A stretch of DNA of 32,000 nt, taken from assembly GCF_000008305.1 (NCBI RefSeq), contig NC_006055.1:600001-632000 (forward strand). Reading direction: 5' to 3'. Positions 21,769 through 32,000 of this stretch are shown in pieces. The DNA is from Mesoplasma florum L1. Its GTDB lineage: Bacteria > Bacillota_I > Bacilli_A > Mycoplasmatales > Mycoplasmataceae. A program made the translations under genes and the position numbers. Each line of letters begins with the position of its first letter. Positions within the stretch are counted from its first letter, which is position 1. Under the pieces are notes generated by a model. The model saw nothing but the letters and a program-made list of their open reading frames with translations. It searched no databases and was not told the DNA's origin.

Positions 21769-23934
21769 TTAAATTACACATGCGTCGCATTCATAGTTTT
21801 CACTATCTTCTAATACTTCTTGTCTTACACGTACGTAGTAGATTGATGCACATTTTTTCTTAAATGCATGAATGTATGCTTTGTTTAAGTCACGAGTTGT
21901 AACTTGGTCTGTCATAAATAATGTTAATGATATAGCTTGATCAACGTGTTGTTGAGCTGCTGCAACAATATCAATAATTGGCATTGGTCCAACTTCATAT
22001 GCTCCTAAAGCATAGTAAGCCATGTTATCAAAATTAATGTTGTATGCTGGAACATAAATTCTTCCTAATTTTCCTTCTTTACGTACTTCAATTGGTGCTA
22101 CAACTGGTTGTAAACTTGGAGTACATGAAGATAAGTAACTAATTGATCCTGTAGGAGCAACAGCCATTAAATGTGAGTTAGCAATTCCATCTTTTTTAAT
22201 TAGTTCAACTAATTCAATTCAATCTTTTTGAGTTGGAATAGTTACATTATATTGAGCAAATAATTCTCTAACTCTTTGAGTTTCAGGAGTTCATTTATCT
22301 TCTGCGCATTTAGTATATTTGTTAAATCAACTTCCATCAGCAAATTGTGATGTTTCAAATCCATCAAATGTGCCATATTGTAAAGCTAATTTGTGAGATG
22401 CTTTAAATGCGTTATATGCCATTGCATAGAAGAACATGTTTGTAAAATCAACCGCTTCAATTGAGTTATATCAAATGAAGTTTGTAGCTAAGAAACCATG
22501 TAAGTTCATAGCACCTAATCCTACAGCATGATTTTTTTTGTTTCCTTGTTGAATTGAAGGAGCACTACTTAAATCACTTGTTCTTGAAACTAGATCTAAA
22601 GCATTAATTGAGTGTTCAATAACTTCTGCAAATTCAGCTCCACTTTCCATTACTTTAGCAATGTTAAGACTTCCTAAATTACAACAGATATCGTCTCCCA
22701 TGCTTTTGAAACTTAAATCATCGTTAAATGTACTTGGTGTTGAAACTTGTGCAATTTCACTACATAAGTTACTCATAACAATTCTTCCAGTTGCTGCGTG
22801 AGCATTATTGTTGTTTACTGTATCATCAAATAAGATGTATGGGTAACCACTTTCAAAGTGTAATTCAGCAACAGTTAAAAAGAATTTTCTCGCATTAATA
22901 TAAGTTTTTTTAATATTAGGGTTTTTAACTAGATTTTGATACTCTTGAGTAATTGAAATATCTGACATTGCTTTTCCATATTCTCTTTCAACATCATAAG
23001 GACTAAATAAAGCCATTTCTTCATTTTTTTGAGCTAATTCAAAAGTAATATCTGGAATAACTAATCCTAGTGATAATGATTTAATACGGATTTTTTCATC
23101 AGCATTTTCTCTTTTAGTATCTAAGAATGACATAACATCTGGGTGGTGAGCATTTAAATAAACAGCTCCAGCACCTTGTCTTTGACCTAATTGATTTGCA
23201 TATGAGAATGAATCTTCTAATATTTTCATAACTGGGATAACACCAGTTGCTTGGTTAGCGATTTGTTTTATTGGTGCGCCTAATTCACGTAGATTAGTTA
23301 AACATAAAGCAACTCCACCACCACGTTTTGATAATTGTAGTGATGTTGTAACAGCACGACAAATTGATTCCATGTTGTCTTCTACTCTTAATAAGTAACA
23401 AGAAACATATTCACCACGTTGTTTTTTACCTGCATTTAAGAATGTAGGTGTAGCTGGTTGAAATCTACCCAGCATTAATTGTCTTAATGTTTTTGTTGCA
23501 GATTCAAAATTACCATTTCCTAAGAATAAAGCATTCATTACTGCTCTATCCTCAAAATTTTCTAAATATTTTTGTCCATCAAAAGTTTTTAAACCATATG
23601 AATTGTAAAATTTCATAGCTCCCATAAAACTTGGGAATTCACGGTGAAATCCATAAGCAATATCAGTAATTTCTTCAATTTGTTCTATTGTATATTTATT
23701 TATAAGTTCTTCTTCGTAGTATCCATTAGAAACTAGGTATTCTATTCTTTCTTTAACTGAACCAAATTTTACTAATCTAGGTTCAACATGATGTTTTAAA
23801 TAAGCTTTAGCAGCATCAACATCTAATTTGAAGTTATCTGATCCAGCAGCTAATATTTTAGCTCTGGCATTTAAAGTAACATATTCGTCACTTTCATCTG
23901 TTCCAGATAATGTATTTATTTTTTTATCTTCCAT
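21769..23934 (-). CDS. nrdE: Ribonucleoside-diphosphate reductase alpha subunit NrdE (~721 aa)
   Basis: [53 protein letters not shown]-terminal CDACVI redox pair. Confidence 0.97.
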
Positions 23935-23936
23935 TT

Positions 23937-24392
23937 TTATTTCCCTCAAAATTCTTTCAATATTTCATTGATTTTTTCTACATCGTTTTGAGTTCCTAAT
24001 AATTCAAATTGATACAACAATGGAACATTAAGTTTTTTTGAAAGAATTGGTCCTGCCATCGCAAAAGTATTACCAAAGTTAGTATTACCTGATGCGATTA
24101 CACCTCTACAATAATTTCTATTATTTTCCTTGTTTAAAAATTTAATTACTTGTTTTGGAACTGCTCCCGAAGTAAATTCACCACCACCACTATATGTTGG
24201 TGTGATTAATACGTAATCAGAATCAACATTAATTTCTTCTTCTAATTCGTAAGGTATTCTTGAATTCTTAACACTTAGTTTTTGAATAAATCTATGTGTG
24301 TTATTTGAAATTGATGAGAAGTAAACTACATGCACTTCTCCTGTAGGCTTAACAATTTCTTCACCTGAAACTAACTTAATATCATCGTGCAT
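23937..24392 (-). CDS. nrdI: Flavodoxin-like ribonucleotide reductase activator NrdI (~151 aa)
   Basis: [37 protein letters not shown]; the ORF-track stop is TGA (Trp), true stop TAA at 23937. Confidence 0.96.
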
Positions 24393-24395
24393 ATA

Positions 24396-25418
24396 TTAAA
24401 ACTCCCAATCGTCATCTTCAGTTTCTTCTGAAACTCCCATAATATATGATGAGCCATTCCCTGAAAAGAAATCATGGTTTTCATCAGCTCTAGCTGATAA
24501 TTGTGTGAATATTTCTGGCTCAATTCTTGTTTCTTCTTCTGTAAACGGTGAATCATAACCTAAATTTTGTAAAAATTTACCTGCGTTGTAAACACTAAAT
24601 CTAATAGCATCATCAGCTAATCCAAAATCCTCATACAATTCTTTCAAATAAGCTTTTTCTAAATCTATTAATTCATATAATAATTTAAAAACAAATTCTT
24701 TCATTTCAGCTTGTTTTTCTGGAGAAAGTTTAGCAACTTTCTTTTGATATTTATAACCACTATAGTAGTTATGTATAACTTTATCTCTTAATATTAATCT
24801 AATAATATCTGAAGTGTTTGGTAATTTACCTCTAGCTGATAGGTAAAATGGTAAATAGAAGCCTCCATATAATAAGAAGCCTGGCATTAAAGCAGCTGCA
24901 ACTTTTGACTTTAAAGGGTCATCATTCACATAATAAGGAATTAATGCTTTAGCTCTTTCTTGTAATGTTTCTGTATTGATAACTCATTCATGAGCCTCTT
25001 CAATTTGTTCACTTGAACATAAAGTTGAAAAGATTGAACCATATGATCTAGCGTGAACTGCAACCATAAATGCAAAGTTTGTGTAAATTACTTGTTCATG
25101 GTCAGTTAATGAGTTAGGAACTTGAGCCACATCACCAACAGTAGCTTGAATTGTATCTAACAATGTTAATCCTGTAAAAGTTCTTGTAATTAATTCTTGT
25201 CATTCTGGTGTCAAAGTTCTTCATGAAGTTAAATCATTTGAAACTGGAATTTTTTCAGGCAATCAGAAGTTTTGTGTAATTCTATTTCATACCTCTAAAT
25301 CTTTTTCATCATTTACTACGTTTCAGTTTACTGAACGCATTTTTCCTTTAAATCCTTGTTGCGCATATTCAATTGGCGAAACAGACTCGTTGTAATATTG
25401 GTTTTTTATTTTTGCCAT
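24396..25418 (-). CDS. nrdF: Ribonucleotide reductase small subunit NrdF, class Ie-type (VPK variant), 340 aa
   Basis: [73 protein letters not shown]...FTGLTLLDTIQ...FMVAVHARSYGSIF...AALMPGFLLYGGFYLPFY...RLILRDKVIHNYYSGYKYQ, with TGA=Trp. Upstream AAAGGA. Confidence 0.97.
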
Positions 25419-25463
25419 ATAATATCCTTTCTTTTTCTCTTATTATAAATTCAACTAAATAAA

Positions 25464-25503
25464 AAAGTTTCTTCTTGTCTTTTGGACATAAAAAGAAACT
25501 TTA
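25464..25503 (-). terminator. Riboswitch-controlled intrinsic terminator in the nrdF leader
   Basis: Minus AAAGTTTCTTTTTATGTC-CAAAA-GACAAGAAGAAACTTTTTT. Confidence 0.88.
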
Positions 25504-25524
25504 ATAATTAAAGAGTGGTTTTTC

Positions 25525-25588
25525 ACTTATAGTCTCCAAATAGGTTTGAAGGCGGGGTCAGTAGCCCATTATGCTACCCTGTATAAGT
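25525..25588 (-). ncRNA. 2'-deoxyguanosine riboswitch aptamer (purine-riboswitch variant, M. florum type I-A)
   Basis: Minus-strand CTTATACAGGGTAGCATAATGGGCTACTGACCCCGCCTTCAAACCTATTTGGAGACTATAAG. Three-way junction with P1 ACTTATA/TATAAGT. Matches the published 2'-dG aptamer sequence as I remember it. Confidence 0.95.
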
Positions 25589-25670
25589 TTCTTTTATATT
25601 CAGTTGTAAATTAATATTAATTTTTTATTTCTTAAAAATCTTAATATTTGCTATTGATTTTATTTTTTTT

Positions 25671-27254
25671 CTATTTAAAATGGTGGAGTTTGTATAAAAC
25701 GCCAATTGAATCTACAACTTTATCCTTTTGTTGTAATTTTTTATATTGAGTTAATAATTTGTTTATTTTGAATTCAATCAGTTCAAGGTCTTTGTTAGTA
25801 AAAGACATCATGCTTTTTTTATAAGGTCCAAAAGCAATAACGTAATATTTAATTAGATTTTCTCATGAATAATCAAAAGCTTTTGGTGCTTTTGGATCAA
25901 TTGTAATTGTTAAAGAAATAATTTTTAACATAATAGACATTTGAGAATTATAATCTGCTATTTCCTCAAATCTATCAACTTTATTAAGCATCTTAGAGAA
26001 ATTTTTTGCATCTAAATTTATTGATTTAAACTTCACATTTTTATAATTAAAGTCAAATTTTTCTTCAATTTGATTGTAAAAATGCATAGTTTGTACTATT
26101 CCTACTTTTTTGAATGATATTAAACAGTCTCCAAGCACACCATTATTTCTTTTTGTCTTATTTATAATTTCCATGTAATATGTTGAATATCTAACTCTAG
26201 CTATGAAATCAAACAATTTTTCAGACCTAAATTTAATTTTTTTGAATTCTTTGAATTTCTTTGAATGTTTCAATGTTCAAATAGGGTTAAAGTCTTTTTG
26301 ATTAATTGGTGATATGCTATGTACGTTTTTTAGGGGTCCTTCAAATGTTTTTATGTTGATTTTGCCTTGTTCTTTATTCGAGCTTAAAAATAGGGGTAAA
26401 TAGGTATATATTGCTTCATATACATCATCACCTTCAGAAATGACAGAAATGTTTTTTAAATTGTCTCTTAAGAATATTGTTGTTATTTTAGAAAGTTCAT
26501 GAATTATTTTAAATTTCTGTTTTACATCTATTTTTTCTCAATTATCCTTTTTAAAATTTAAAATAAATGCATTTAATTCATCTTCATTTTTTAAAAATTG
26601 AATAGTTGGCTCTAATCATTCTTTTTCTTCAGAAGTAAGCTCTCTTCCTTTTTTATATGCTTCAGAAATGTTTTTTCTATTAAATACTTTTTTTATTTTA
26701 TCAACCATATCTGATGGTTTAAGTACGTCAATCATAAGCATTGTTACTAAAAAAGGATAAACTATAGAATAATAGTATTTGTTTTCTTTTTCATTTTTAA
26801 AGTTTATATCATATTCAAATTTACTTGTTAAAGCACATAAATTAGCAAAGTTTCAATAATAATTTTGACTGATATCATCAGAACTGTTAAAAGATGTTTT
26901 TATAATATGATTCAAAACAAATTCTTCAATAACTTGTTTAATAAAAATTTTTTGGGTTTCATCAATTTCTTTAAATTTTGATTCAATTTTTTTATCTTGA
27001 AATGTAAAAATGAATAATTCATTATAATTTGAAATGATGTAATTTGATATTTCACTAAATTTTTCAGGTTCTATATTTATTAATGATTCGTTTTTTCACA
27101 ATTGAAATTGAAATAAAGAATAATAAGTAACATCATATATTTCATTTATTTTTTCTTTTAAATCATTATTAATTTTTTTAAAAATCAATGATGAGTCTTT
27201 TTTAATATATTCATCAAAATATGCTCAAAAAACAGTGTCTAAACGATTTATCAT
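25671..27254 (-). CDS. Hypothetical 527-aa protein, no family recognised
   Basis: Continuous TGA=Trp frame from ATG 27254 (SD AGAAGGAG) to TAG 25671: MINRLDTVFWAYFDEYIKKDSSLIFKKINNDLKEKINEIYDVTYYS...KLHHFK. The supplied track shows only its 25863..26273 segment. Confidence 0.85.
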
Positions 27255-27268
27255 AATATTTGCTCCTT

Positions 27269-28609
27269 CTAAATATTTTTAATAAAATCCTTAATAGAAT
27301 CAATTGCTAATTCTGAAATCTTTTCATTTTTCATTTTTTTAATTTCTTGCTTAGTTACTTTTCTATTAGGTCTTTTAAATTCTATTTCATCAACTATTCC
27401 TCAATTTGCTTTCATTGGTTGAAAGTTTGTTATAGAAGCTTTGTTTATATAGTTAAGTAAAGCACCTGAAACTGATTTAGATGATGGTACTTGCATTTCT
27501 TTTCCATTAATGAAATTAGCAATATTTATAGCTGTGATCAAACCAGAAACACAAGATTCAACATATCCTTCTACACCTGTTATTTGACCAGCAAAAAATA
27601 TGTTTTCATTAGTTTTTAATTGTAAATATTTGTTAAGAACTTTAGGCGAGTTTATAAAATTATTTTTATGCATTACACCATATCTAACAAACTTAGCGTT
27701 TTCTAAACCTGGTATCATTGAAAAAATTCTTTTTTGTTCAGGTCATTTTAAGTTTGTTTGGAAACCAACAATATTATAAAGTCTATCATTTGCATCATCT
27801 TGGCGTAGTTGAACAACAGCATGATTTCTTGTTCCATCAGGTTTATTTAAACCTCTTGGTTTCATTGGACCAAACAATAAAGTATCAACACCTCTTTTGG
27901 CCATAGCTTCTACTGGCATACACCCTTCAAAGTACTTTAATTCTGCTTCACCAGGTAAATGCCCTATAGAAATTTCTGCATTAATTAGTTCTTTATAAAA
28001 ATTTAAATATTCTTCTTTTGACATTGGACAATTTATATAATCGCTTGTTTCACCTTTGTCATATCTATTTTTTTGATATGCAATTTCCATATTTATAGAT
28101 TCTTTTTCTATAATCGGAGCAACTGCATCATAAAAGTAAAAATCATCATTTCCTATAAGTTTTGTAATTTGCTCTTGTAGTTTATTTGTTGTTAAAGGCC
28201 CTGATGCAATAAGTGTTAATTCATTTGGGTTTATATTTTCAACTTCAAGATCTATGACTTCAATGTTTTCATTAGAACTTATTTCTTTTGTTATATATTC
28301 AGAAAATAAAACTCTATCAACGGCTAAACTTCCTCCAGCTGGAACTTGTGCATATTCAGCCGCTCTTATAATTAATGAATCTAAAAGTCTCATTTCTTCT
28401 TTTAATGTACCGACTGCATTAGTTAATTCGTTACTTCTTAGAGAATTAGAGCAAACTAATTCAGCAAACCCGTCCAAGACTTGGACGGGATTTTTAGTTA
28501 TTCTTTTAACTTCGAAAAGTTTAACTTTTATATTTCTTTTAGCTAGTTGGTATGCAGCTTCTGTTCCTGCTAAACCAGCTCCAATAATATTTACTGTTTT
28601 ATTTTTCAT
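27269..28609 (-). CDS. trmFO: tRNA (uracil-54-C5)-methyltransferase, folate/FAD-dependent (TrmFO/Gid, ~446 aa)
   Basis: [32 protein letters not shown] motif, [37 protein letters not shown]. Confidence 0.96.
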
Positions 28610-30516
28610 TAATTCATCAATCCTGCTTCATATAATTTTTTAAATCTTCCAGGTGTTGAAATTAATTCTTCATAACTACCTTGTTGCACAATACCTTTTC
28701 CGTTTGCACCAAGTACTATAATTTGATCAACGTTTTTAATTGTTGAAAGACGGTGAGCGATAGTAACACTTGTTCTACCTTTCATCAATTTATCTAACTC
28801 AGCTTGAATTTCTTTTTCAACAATATTATCTAATGCACTTGTTGCTTCATCTAATATTAAGAAATCCGGGTTTTTCAAGAAAACTCTAGCTATAACTAAA
28901 CGTTGTTTTTGACCACCAGAAAGTAAGAAACCTCTTTGTCCCAAAATTGTATTATATCCATCTTTTAATGAAATAATAAAGTCATGTAAATTAGCTTTCT
29001 TACATGCCCTCATGATTTCTTCATCAGTAGCATCAAATTTAGCGTATCTTATATTTTCAAAGAAATCTCCAAACAAGATTTGAGGTTCTTGTTCAACATA
29101 TCCTACTTTATTTAAAAATGCTGGTAAATTTATTTCGTTTAAATCATGTGATTGTTTAGAAACACTTTCATCATTTTTATATTTACCCTCAACCATTATT
29201 TTTCCTTCTGTAGGCATGTAAAATCTTAATAGTAATTTTGCTACAGTTGATTTACCACTTCCTGTTTCACCAACGAATGCATATGATTTACCTTTTTCAA
29301 AAACAATATTCATTTTAGGTAAAATTGTTTTTTCAGGTTTTTTAGGATAAGCAAATTGAACGTTTTCAAATGAAATTGAATTTATTTTTTCAATTACAGG
29401 CCCTTCTGGGTTTGGTTTAATTGTTGGAATTGGGTCTGTTAATTCTGAAATTCTTTGAGCTGCATTTTGAGCTCTTGTAGCTGATCTCAATGTTGGGATT
29501 AACATTGCAATAGCACCAATAACAAATGAAACTAAAACTTGTGCTAAAGGCATTTTTACACTTAAAAGTTCTATACCTGCAGCAAGATCACTTTCTTTTG
29601 CGAACATAATACAGAATATAATAACAAACATTGGCATCATCAATGATGCTGTTACTTGAATTCATTGTGTTAATATTGCTGATCAAGTAATTGCTGCATC
29701 TCCAGCTCTGTTATATTTTTCATTTAATTCTTCTATTCTTTCAATTTCGTATTCCTCTAATCCTGAAGATTTTATTAATGATATATTTGATATTCTATCT
29801 GTCATATCTTGATCAACATCACGTTTTTGGTCAAATGCTGTAATTAATTTTCTTCTACTTTGAATAAAAATAACAACAGCAATTGCAATTGAAAGGAACA
29901 TATAAACAGCTAGTATTAAAGCTACATATCAAAGACCTGATAAAAGCATAATCACAACTGACATAGTTATACCAGTAAGGAAATAAATAATATTAGTAAA
30001 GAATTGTTGAATACCAAACGCTAAAGATTGAGTATCCCCTACAAGTCTTGTTAAAATGTTTCCTGAAACATGATCAAAGAAGAAATCAACATCTTGTTGA
30101 GCTAATCTAATTAACATTTTTTGTCTTTGATTAATTTCTACATGAAGTGAAAACTGAGCAATACTTCAGTTAACAACATACTCAGAAAGTAGTAATAAAA
30201 CTAAAGCAGCTAAAGTTATATATAATCAAGCTGTTCATTCTGTTAAACCAACTTCTCATGCTAAAAAGTTTAATGTATCTGCTCCAGGTTTTGTAATGGC
30301 AGAAATCATCATTGTTGCAAACACCGGAAGGAAAGTTGCAACTATAGCATCAAACATTGTAAATAAACACATTGCTCAAAATATTAACTTGTTCTCTTTT
30401 GCTGATTCAAAAATTTGGCGCATAAATACACCCATTTTTTTTCATGAAAATTCTAAATTAACATCAAATCCATGTTTATTTAATTGTTTACCATTTTGTA
30501 AATTATTGTTGCTCAT
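28609..30516 (-). CDS. ABC transporter, fused TM and ATPase domains (exporter type, ~635 aa)
   Basis: TM domain from [36 protein letters not shown]; [47 protein letters not shown]. Its TAA stop shares a base with the trmFO ATG. Confidence 0.93.
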
Positions 30517-32000
30517 TATTTGTTACTTCCTTTCCATCTTTTTTTGAGTTTCCAGCATCATATAAATCTTTGAAATGACCTGGAATTTTTTTAAGTTCAT
30601 TGAAAGTACCTCTTTGAACGATTCCTTGTTTTGGTGCAAGAACTAATATTTCGTCTACATTTTTAATTGTTGAAAGACGGTGAGCTATAGTAACACTTGT
30701 TCTACCTTTCATTAATTCATTTAATTTAGCTTGGATTTCTTTTTCTACAATATTATCTAAAGCACTTGTTGCTTCATCCAATATTAGTAGTTGTGGATCT
30801 TTTAAGAACATTCTAGCTATTACTAAACGTTGTTTTTGACCACCAGATAACATAAATCCTCTTTCACCAAGAATTGTGTCATAACCATCAGGTCAAGTCA
30901 TAATTAAATCATGTAGCTCAGCTTTTTTACAAGCTGCAATAACTTGTTTATTTGTAGCTTCAAATCTACCATATCTAACATTGTCATAAACATTACCTAA
31001 GAAAATTGCTGGTTCTTGTTCAACATATCCTACTTTATCTAAATAAGATGAAAGAACTACATCTTTTAAGTCAATATCTTCGTTAATTAAAACTTGTCCA
31101 ATAGTTGGATCATAAAATCTTAATAAAAGTTTTGAAATTGTTGATTTACCTGCTCCAGTTGTCCCAACAAATGCATATGATTTACCTTGTTCAAAAGTAA
31201 AGTCAAATTTAGGTAAAACTAATTCAGTAGGTTTTTCAGGATATGCAAATGCAACATCTTTAAAATAAATATTTCCCTTTATTTTTTCTACTATAACACC
31301 ATTTTTATCTTCAAAATGATTATTAAATCTTGGTTCTTGTTCAAGTATTTCACCTATTCTCTTAGATGCAACATTTGATTGAGTTAATCCAACAAGAACT
31401 CTTAAGAATGACATTAATGGACCAATCATAAGTGATGATGCTGAAATCATACCTGGTAATACGGCAACTACTTGGTTTGAATCATAAATAAGTACTGTAG
31501 CTATAATCATTACAGTTTCGATGGCATTAATAATTAAGAATATCAATGATAAAACTATAGCTTGATAGTAGTTCATCAATGATGATTGTTTAAAGTAAGG
31601 TATATGTTTTTCAATAAATCTATTTTCTTCATATTCTTCTGTTCCAGAAGCTTTAATTAATTTAACGTTGTTAATTCTATCTGTAACATCTCCATTTACT
31701 TCAGTAACAATTTTTCTTGTTTTGTAAGCAATTGGTTTCATTGGTATAAATAAAATAAAGAATATTAAAAATAAAGTTAAGAATACACAAATTAAAACTA
31801 TAGTTAATGAACCACTAATTGTAGACATAACTATTATTGCTGCTATTGTTGTCAATATACCATTTAAGAAAGTTATTGGAATAATCCCAGTTTGTTCTCC
31901 AATGATTTGTGTATCAGAAACAACTTTTGTTAAAATTTCCCCAATTTTTTTATCAGAGTAGTATGACATGTCCATTGAAACTAATTTTTTGTTTAAGTCA
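30503..32000 (-). CDS. ABC transporter, fused TM and ATPase domains (exporter type), truncated by the window edge
   Basis: [54 protein letters not shown]; frame open to the right edge; overlaps the next ABC gene by 14 bp. Confidence 0.92.

Noticed and set aside
18620-25418. Apparent pseudogenes: many genes appear broken into several ORFs
   Set aside because: The breaks are TGA codons in one frame, read as Trp in Mollicutes; no frameshifts were needed to join them.
25671-27254. Orphan protein considered as an abortive-infection or toxin-type defence gene
   Set aside because: No partner gene, catalytic motif or mobile-element context is recognisable. Without a structural search this would be speculation, so it is reported only as uncharacterised.
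28609-32000. Tandem ABC genes considered as a bacteriocin or toxin export/immunity system
   Set aside because: No peptidase domain, precursor peptide or modification enzyme is visible nearby; generic exporter architecture only.

Overview
This 32 kb window is AT-rich mollicute DNA that reads TGA as Trp. It is most likely Mesoplasma florum or a very close relative: the 2'-deoxyguanosine riboswitch and the NrdF sequence both match what I recall from that species. Every gene I can support lies on the minus strand. In transcription order (right to left) these are: two tandem ABC exporters (first one truncated by the window edge), trmFO, a 527-aa orphan protein, a 2'-dG riboswitch with an intrinsic terminator, nrdF-nrdI-nrdE, a PTS EIIBC plus glycoside hydrolase family 32 operon, a DEAD-box helicase with a long Arg-rich repetitive tail, tRNA-Arg(UCU), two hypotheticals, obgE, nadE, a 46-aa protein, ptsI, a small membrane protein, a GntR regulator with a second sucrose-type operon (EIIBC, GH32, fructokinase), a Cof-type HAD hydrolase, and a 43-aa small ORF with a structured leader ahead of potA-potB-potCD. 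The strongest biology is an NrdF in which three conserved metal-ligand glutamates are replaced by V119, P179 and K213, with Tyr126 retained. That is the metal-free, DOPA-radical class Ie signature, and the gene sits behind a dG-sensing riboswitch. Both elements are known from M. florum, so the combination is striking but not new. The least explained items are the orphan 527-aa protein, the pot leader region, the operator-like repeats upstream of the second sugar operon, and the ~200-residue coiled-coil-like insertion in PotCD. I see no CRISPR array, transposon, phage or recognisable defence system.
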